Shown: in pieces, positions 58,954 through 64,000 of the stretch
Layout: every line of letters starts with the position of its first letter
Numbering within the stretch: position 1 is the first letter of the stretch
Assembly (NCBI GenBank): GCA_965112735.1
Contig: OZ218958.1
Span: forward strand, 2,914,001 to 2,978,000
Source: Phaeosaccion multiseriatum
Lineage: Eukaryota; Protista; Ochrophyta, other classes
Reading direction: 5' to 3'
Length of the DNA: 64,000 bases
Notes under the pieces: model-generated
The model's input: the letters and a program-made list of their open reading frames with translations, nothing else
Databases searched by the model: none
Told to the model about the DNA's origin: nothing
Translations under genes and position numbers: made by a program

Positions 58954-60364
58954 TCAGTCCTCGCAGTCGCAGGGGTGCCCATGGGCATGCACCCACTGGT
59001 TCATCTCCTCAAAGACACTGCCCCTGACGTCCCACTGTCTACCAGCTTCCTCCTCCTCTCTCCTGATGACCTCTGGACAGACACTCTTGACCCACGGACA
59101 GCCCACCTCTTCTGAGCGGAGCCACAACAGCATTTCCAGGCTCTTGCCTTCTTCAAGTGCCGCTCTGCATACGTCAGGGGTCCAATCACAGAACTCACGC
59201 GCGTTGGCATGCAGCCACCGCAGAGCGTCGAAACGGCCGAGAAGGGCAGCATTCCACGCTCCTGCCCTCCACCCACTCCCCTCCCCCGCTTCGTCCAGCT
59301 CAGCCCTGACCTTGGGATTGTTCAGCAGCCATGCCAGCGCAGAGATGTGCCCATAATGAATAGCACAGAGCCACACATGCTCATCAAAGGGGGCGTTCAC
59401 GTCATCCGACAGAAGCCACTCCAGCAGCTGCAAGTCCCCCCTCCGCGCAGCACCATGGCAGACGCTCGTATTCCACGGGCATTTCCCCTCCTTGGAGTCA
59501 GCCGAGTCCTCTGAGCGCAGCCACTTGAGCACACGCAGGCTGTACCGCTCGTTCAAAGCTGCAGAGCGGCACACTGCCTCGCTCCAGGGACAGCCCATGT
59601 GATGAAGGGCCTTGCACATGCCCACATCTCCATACTGAGCAGCGGCCCTGAACATTTCGACTGTAAGCTTGTAGCCGTGCCTCCTGGCCCAGTACACACG
59701 CTCGATGGAGGCAACTACACTTGCTTGGCTCGTCGTGGCTGCGTGTTCCACAATGTAGTACCCCCTCCACTCATGTTGCCACGAAAGCGTACTCCCCCCT
59801 TCCCACGAGCTCCATCACCTTTCCATACACTTCCTCCATACCAAAGGCGCTCGCACAGGCGGCCGAGCCAGGAAGGGAAAGTCGATGAGATGTAGCACGT
59901 CCGCCATCTCCACTCTCTCCTCCGAAGGTCGAACGTCGCCGCTTGCTTCCCCTCCTCCTCTCTCTCCCCGCCTTCCCCTCCTCTACCTCAGCGTCCGGAT
60001 TGTGGGGGCCGCGGCTTCTGGGCGCTGCTGAGGGTTGTACTTCGAGGCGGAGGAGGATCAGTTCCTTCTCTCTCTCCAAGGCCCTCTCTTTTCTCTTCTC
60101 CTCTAATAACTTTGCCTCCTTCTCCATCTCGCGTAACTTCTCGTCCCTCTCGTGAGCCTTCTCCTTTCTCAGTTGCTTCTTCTCCTCTCTCAAAGCTTGG
60201 AGGTGCATCAACAGCTCCTTCCTCACCCCCTCCCTCTCACCATCCGCTGCTGGTGCTGCTCCTCCCAAGCTCAGCCCCAGGTAGCTGCCCTGCGCGCTCA
60301 ACGCCTGCTCCACTGCCTCCTCCTTCCTGCTCACTGCTGCGATACTTGCATGTATGTCCTCCAT
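58954..60364 (-). pseudogene. Coiled-coil plus F-box-like plus 'CPW'-type ankyrin-repeat gene, split by a frameshift/stop at ~59770
   Basis: ORF 59771-60364 ends VMELVGRGEYAFVAT*, and the shifted frame continues WRGYYIVEHAATTSQASVVASIERVYWA into repeats AAQYGDV..GCPW, LKWLRS..CPWNTSVCHGAARRGDLQLLEWL and GCPW. Intronless. It could be a sequencing error rather than a true lesion. Confidence 0.7.
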
Positions 60365-60584
60365 GATGGAATCGTAAGAAAAAAAGGCCGATTTTTGACC
60401 AGCCCTCGGAGCTGTGAGCCCCCTCAACGAATCTAGCACCAACACGTCAAGTCAAGTCAGGTCCTTTGACTCTGATGATTTCCATTCCCCCCAATTCCCT
60501 GATTCCCGATCAGTCGGTCTACACCACCCCACCACAGTGAAGTAGCGCAGTGACGCTGGAAAGGGGAAGGAGAGAGAGAGTACA

Positions 60585-62369
60585 ATGAAGGGCACCACGT
60601 CGAAGGGAGGTGAAACGAAGGGGGGGGGCATCGTGATGGAAGAAAGTCGTCAAGAGACTGATGGAGCGGGGGGAACTTTGCTAGAGCGCACCAGTCTCAG
60701 CAGCAGCGGGCCGGCGGCATTGAGGGTGGCTGCTGGCCGTGTTTCGAACAAGGCTCTGTGGGGCGTATGCAAGGAGGTCGACAAGTTAACCTCCCGCGCT
60801 TTGGTGATCAACGCCGACATGCCCCAAGCTGTCCAGTCGCGTGTGCTGAGTATGCTGAAGCAGCAGCAGCAGCGGGAGCGCGAGGAGACTCAACGCCTTG
60901 CTGCGGCTTCCTCTCCTCGTCCCGCCTCCATGCAGGGAAGACATGCCGGGGAAGGGCTTCGAAGGTCGGGGAGGGTTAGGGCGAGGCAGCTGGACCATGG
61001 TATGGCGGGCTCCTTTCGCGTCAAGGCGGTGCGCCTCGGCATCCAACGTCAAGGCGCTGACGAGCTGGCTCCTGCTGATGGGGCTCTTGCTCTCAAAGTG
61101 TTGGCACTGTTGCCACTCTTGGTCAAGCGTGTGGGGTTTTCGAAGTTCTTCGATGCGTGCCGCGTTGTTGTACCGAGCGGCGTGGAGGAGGTGGAGTTTG
61201 CACGGGACTCAAGGTTCAAGAGGCCAATCGTTCTCCCTTCCTCGCTGAAGAAGATCACTTTTGGAAAATTCTTCGATCAGGCTGATTTGGTGCTACCAAG
61301 CTCTCTGGAGGAGCTGACGTTTTCAGAAGTCTCATTCTTCAACAGACCAATCGTTCTCTCTTCCTCGCTGAAGAAGGTCACTTTTGGAGAACACTTCGAT
61401 CAGGCTGATTTGGTGCTACCAAGCTCTCTGGAGGAGCTGAAGTTTGCAGGGCACTCAGAGTTCAACAGGCCAATCGTTCTCCCCCCCTCGCTGAAGAAGG
61501 TCACTTTTGGAAATTACTTCGATCAAGCTGATTTGGTGTTACCAAGCTCTCTGGAGGAGCTGGAATTTTCAGTGGACTCAAGGTTCAACAGGCCAATCGT
61601 TCTTCCCCCCTCGCTGAAGAAGGTCACTTTTGGAGAAGACTTCGATCAGGCTGGTTTGGTGCTACCAAGCTCTCTGGAGGAGCTGGAGTTTGCATGGAAC
61701 TCAAACTTCAACAGGCCAATCGCTCTCCCTTCCTCGCTGAAGAAGGTCACTTTTGGAGAACACTTCGATCAGGCTGATTTGGTGCTACCAAGCTCTCTGG
61801 AGGAGGTGGAGTTTGCACGGAACTCAAGGTTCAACAGGCCAATCGTTCTCCCTTCCTCGCTGAAGAAGGTCACTTTTGGACAAGACTTCAATCAGGCTGA
61901 TTTGGTGCTACCAAGCTCTCTGGAGGAGCTGGAGTTTTCAGATTTCTCCGTGTTCAACAGGCCAATCGATCTCCCTTCCTCGCTGAAGAAGGTCACTTTT
62001 GGCCTGCACTTCGATCAGGCTGATTTGGTGCTACCAAGCTCTCTGGAGGAGCTGGAGTTTTCATGGATGTCAGTGCTCAACAGGCCAATCGTTTTCCCTT
62101 CTTCGCTGAAGAAGGTCACTTTCGGAGAACACTTCGATCAGGCTGATTTGGTGCTACCAAGCTCTCTGGAGGAGCTGAAGTTTCCATGTTTCTCAGTGTT
62201 CAACAGGCCAATCGTTCTTCCCCCCTCGCTGAAGAAGGTCACTTTTGGATCTAGATTCAATCAGCCTGTGGTCCTACCTGCTGGACTGAAGAAGCTTACG
62301 GTGGGGAGGAGATGCAGGCTGCCTGCAGATCTACCAGAGGGGCTTCAGGTATACCACCATGCATATTAA
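60585..62369 (+). CDS. FNIP-repeat (LRR-type) protein 2, intronless, 594 aa
   Basis: Nine 41-aa (123-bp) repeat doublets with a near-identical DNA framework. The N-terminal segment VSNKALWGVCKEVDKLTSRAL is homologous to that of FNIP protein 1, and the C-cap LPAGLKKLTVG..PADLPEG is shared. Confidence 0.93.
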   Translation: MKGTTSKGGETKGGGIVMEESRQETDGAGGTLLERTSLSSSGPAALRVAAGRVSNKALWGVCKEVDKLTSRALVINADMPQAVQSRVLSMLKQQQQREREETQRLAAASSPRPASMQGRHAGEGLRRSGRVRARQLDHGMAGSFRVKAVRLGIQRQGADELAPADGALALKVLALLPLLVKRVGFSKFFDACRVVVPSGVEEVEFARDSRFKRPIVLPSSLKKITFGKFFDQADLVLPSSLEELTFSEVSFFNRPIVLSSSLKKVTFGEHFDQADLVLPSSLEELKFAGHSEFNRPIVLPPSLKKVTFGNYFDQADLVLPSSLEELEFSVDSRFNRPIVLPPSLKKVTFGEDFDQAGLVLPSSLEELEFAWNSNFNRPIALPSSLKKVTFGEHFDQADLVLPSSLEEVEFARNSRFNRPIVLPSSLKKVTFGQDFNQADLVLPSSLEELEFSDFSVFNRPIDLPSSLKKVTFGLHFDQADLVLPSSLEELEFSWMSVLNRPIVFPSSLKKVTFGEHFDQADLVLPSSLEELKFPCFSVFNRPIVLPPSLKKVTFGSRFNQPVVLPAGLKKLTVGRRCRLPADLPEGLQVYHHAY

Positions 62370-62582
62370 TTTTTAAAATGAATAAATATCTTTCAAGCCT
62401 ACTAGAATTGTCCCGTGCCGATTTCGACAGTGCACCAACCGCATGGGTACGCGCGGAGGCGAAAGTGAGCCCTGCCATCTTACCCCCCTCCCCCCCACCC
62501 CCTCCACTCCTCCCTTCGGCGGCGGTGCGACAACCCAGTGCCTTCTTGGACGATCTTCGTCATCCTCACTGCCTGCCTGCTC

Positions 62583-63410
62583 TCAGAGTGTCTGCAGGCC
62601 CAAGCCTCGACTCGCCCACGCCAAGAGAGAGTCCACGAAGGCTACCACCGTCTGCCGCTGCCGCCACGTGAGGCGCGCCCTCTCTTCCTTGAGCACAAGG
62701 GCAATCTCCACGCTCGAAGCTTGACGCTGCTGCTGCTCCACCAACTGTCGCTGCTGGCGCCGGGGCTGACTGTGCTGGAGGCTGTTTGCCGCAGCGGTGC
62801 CCTCAGTGGCAGCAGACGGGGCGACGGAGAGGAGCGTCACCAGCAGCAGAATAGGGGCGGCATCGTCCTCGTCTTGCTCGCCGTCCCCGTCCGGGCCTCC
62901 CTCAGCCTCGCCATTGCCCGCACCAGCATCAGGGCCACGTGCACCGGCACCATCGTCCCCTCCCGAAGCCGCGGGATGCTCCCCTTCAAACCGCCGCCAT
63001 GGCCCCATGTGCTCCGCCCCTGCCAGACCGCCCGCCCCTACCTCCTCCCCTTGGACCCGGGGCAGCACCAGCAGTTGGTGAGAGCCCACCCTCAGAGCCG
63101 AGTGGGCCGTGCCCCCCTGGGCCACGTGTGTGAACCACGTCCTCCAATCCAGCCCAACGTCGGTGTGCAGGAGCACTTGGAGGCGAGGATCAAGCTTCTC
63201 CAGCAGCACAAGCACGGAGAGAGATTTGAGCAACTCCAGCTCCTGCTGGCTCATGGAGGAGGAGAAGGAGGAGGAGGAGGGGTTGGCGACACCATTGTCC
63301 AGCGTCAAGCCGCCCTCGAAGCCACTGTCACTCCTGGTGCAACTCTCGTCGCTACTGACACTCTTCCAATCTCCTTCTCCTCCCTCCTCCTCCTCCTCCT
63401 TCCTCCTCTC
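62583..63410 (-). CDS. 3' portion of a hypothetical protein (upstream structure unresolved)
   Basis: Long open frame with protein-like composition (ELELLKSLSVLVLLEKLDPRLQVLLH..; VEIALVLKEERARLTWRQRQTVVAFVDSLLAWAS). Its last codons are duplicated at ~58357-58437. Confidence 0.45.
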   Translation of the reverse strand, partial: ERRKEEEEEGGEGDWKSVSSDESCTRSDSGFEGGLTLDNGVANPSSSSFSSSMSQQELELLKSLSVLVLLEKLDPRLQVLLHTDVGLDWRTWFTHVAQGGTAHSALRVGSHQLLVLPRVQGEEVGAGGLAGAEHMGPWRRFEGEHPAASGGDDGAGARGPDAGAGNGEAEGGPDGDGEQDEDDAAPILLLVTLLSVAPSAATEGTAAANSLQHSQPRRQQRQLVEQQQRQASSVEIALVLKEERARLTWRQRQTVVAFVDSLLAWASRGLGLQTL

Positions 63411-63830
63411 CGTTGGTCCTCTCCACCCCAGCTGGTGTCTGTGCTGCTTCCTCACCTGTCCCCGCTGCTACCCCCTCCCCCCCTCTATCCTCCCCTCTCC
63501 CTCCTCCACCTGGTTCAAATCCGGTCAATTATGCACCAGGCTCTCTCCACCTGTCTCCCTGCCGCGAGGGAGCGGGAAAGAGCGGCAACAGCCAAACACA
63601 AGACCAAACAAATGGACGCACAGCCAACGCGCAACCAACCCGTCAAGTAACGTACCCCCCTGGAGAGAGAGCCTCGACTCTGAGGGGCCACAACAAAGAG
63701 TGCACGAATGAATGAGCTTTACAGCTTTCAGTCTAACCCCCCATCCACTGCCACCCCCCGCCGCCGCTCCTTGCACACACACGCACGCACATACACACAC
63801 TCTCTCACACACACACCTATCTGTATGTAC

Positions 63831-63986
63831 CTTGGGCATCTCCCGCTTGTCGAAGTACACGTATTGGTTGATGATCTCCGTGAAGAGCTGTGCGTGGACT
63901 CCGCTGAGCGCACACGTCGGCGATGTTGAGAGAGCATGGCAAGCACTCCAGCACACGCCGGCAGTCGTGGTAGTCTGAACCGCCAT
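63831..63986 (-). pseudogene. VPS35: Frameshifted exon of retromer subunit VPS35 (C-terminal region)
   Basis: An AG-GT bounded exon reads DYHDCRRVLECLPCSLNIADVC in one frame and SGVHAQLFTEIINQYVYFDKREMPK in another, matching VPS35 (D.KRVLECL.+.LKIA..C....VQLF.EILN.Y.YF). No following VPS35 exon was recognised. Confidence 0.7.
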
Positions 63987-64000
63987 CTGAGGGGCGGAAG

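Noticed and set aside
56950-62260. CRISPR-like repeat/spacer reading of the 123-bp FNIP units
   Set aside because: The variable parts are only 6-15 nt, the array is an in-frame protein-coding repeat, and there are no cas genes.
56317-62369. A complete diversity-generating retroelement
   Set aside because: No reverse transcriptase, accessory gene or non-coding template repeat was seen in the window; kept only as a speculative note.
56131-62410. Helitron termini suggested by CTAG motifs around the FNIP genes
   Set aside because: No convincing subterminal hairpin or A/T insertion site and no Rep/helicase in the window.

Overview
Eukaryotic, GC-rich, intron-rich genomic DNA with very long intronic microsatellites. 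It is most likely from a photosynthetic stramenopile (ochrophyte alga), inferred from a bipartite 'ANA-F' plastid presequence, an oomycete-like Delta5 desaturase and a brown-algal-type reprolysin. The central part holds spliced housekeeping genes: ZPR1, an EEF1AKMT1/N6AMT2-type methyltransferase, a plastid ABCD transporter, cystinosin, a cytochrome b5-fused Delta5 desaturase and a long coiled-coil protein. Both ends are accessory and fast-evolving. The left end has an intronless bacterial-type ParA/Soj ATPase with an NLS-like and acidic N-terminus, a three-member family of secreted Cys-rich-repeat/C-type-lectin genes (one an inverted pseudogene), and an ankyrin::FtsY chimeric pseudogene. The right end has a secreted reprolysin metalloprotease with three CBM1 domains, two intronless FNIP/LRR-repeat genes, a frameshifted F-box-like/ankyrin gene and a VPS35 fragment. 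The most striking observation is the FNIP pair: 123-bp (41-aa) repeat doublets keep a near-invariant framework while variation is confined to about five residues per doublet, suggesting a modular, diversifying recognition code (VLR/TALE-like logic). All exon coordinates were read manually and family calls are from motif recognition, not database searches.
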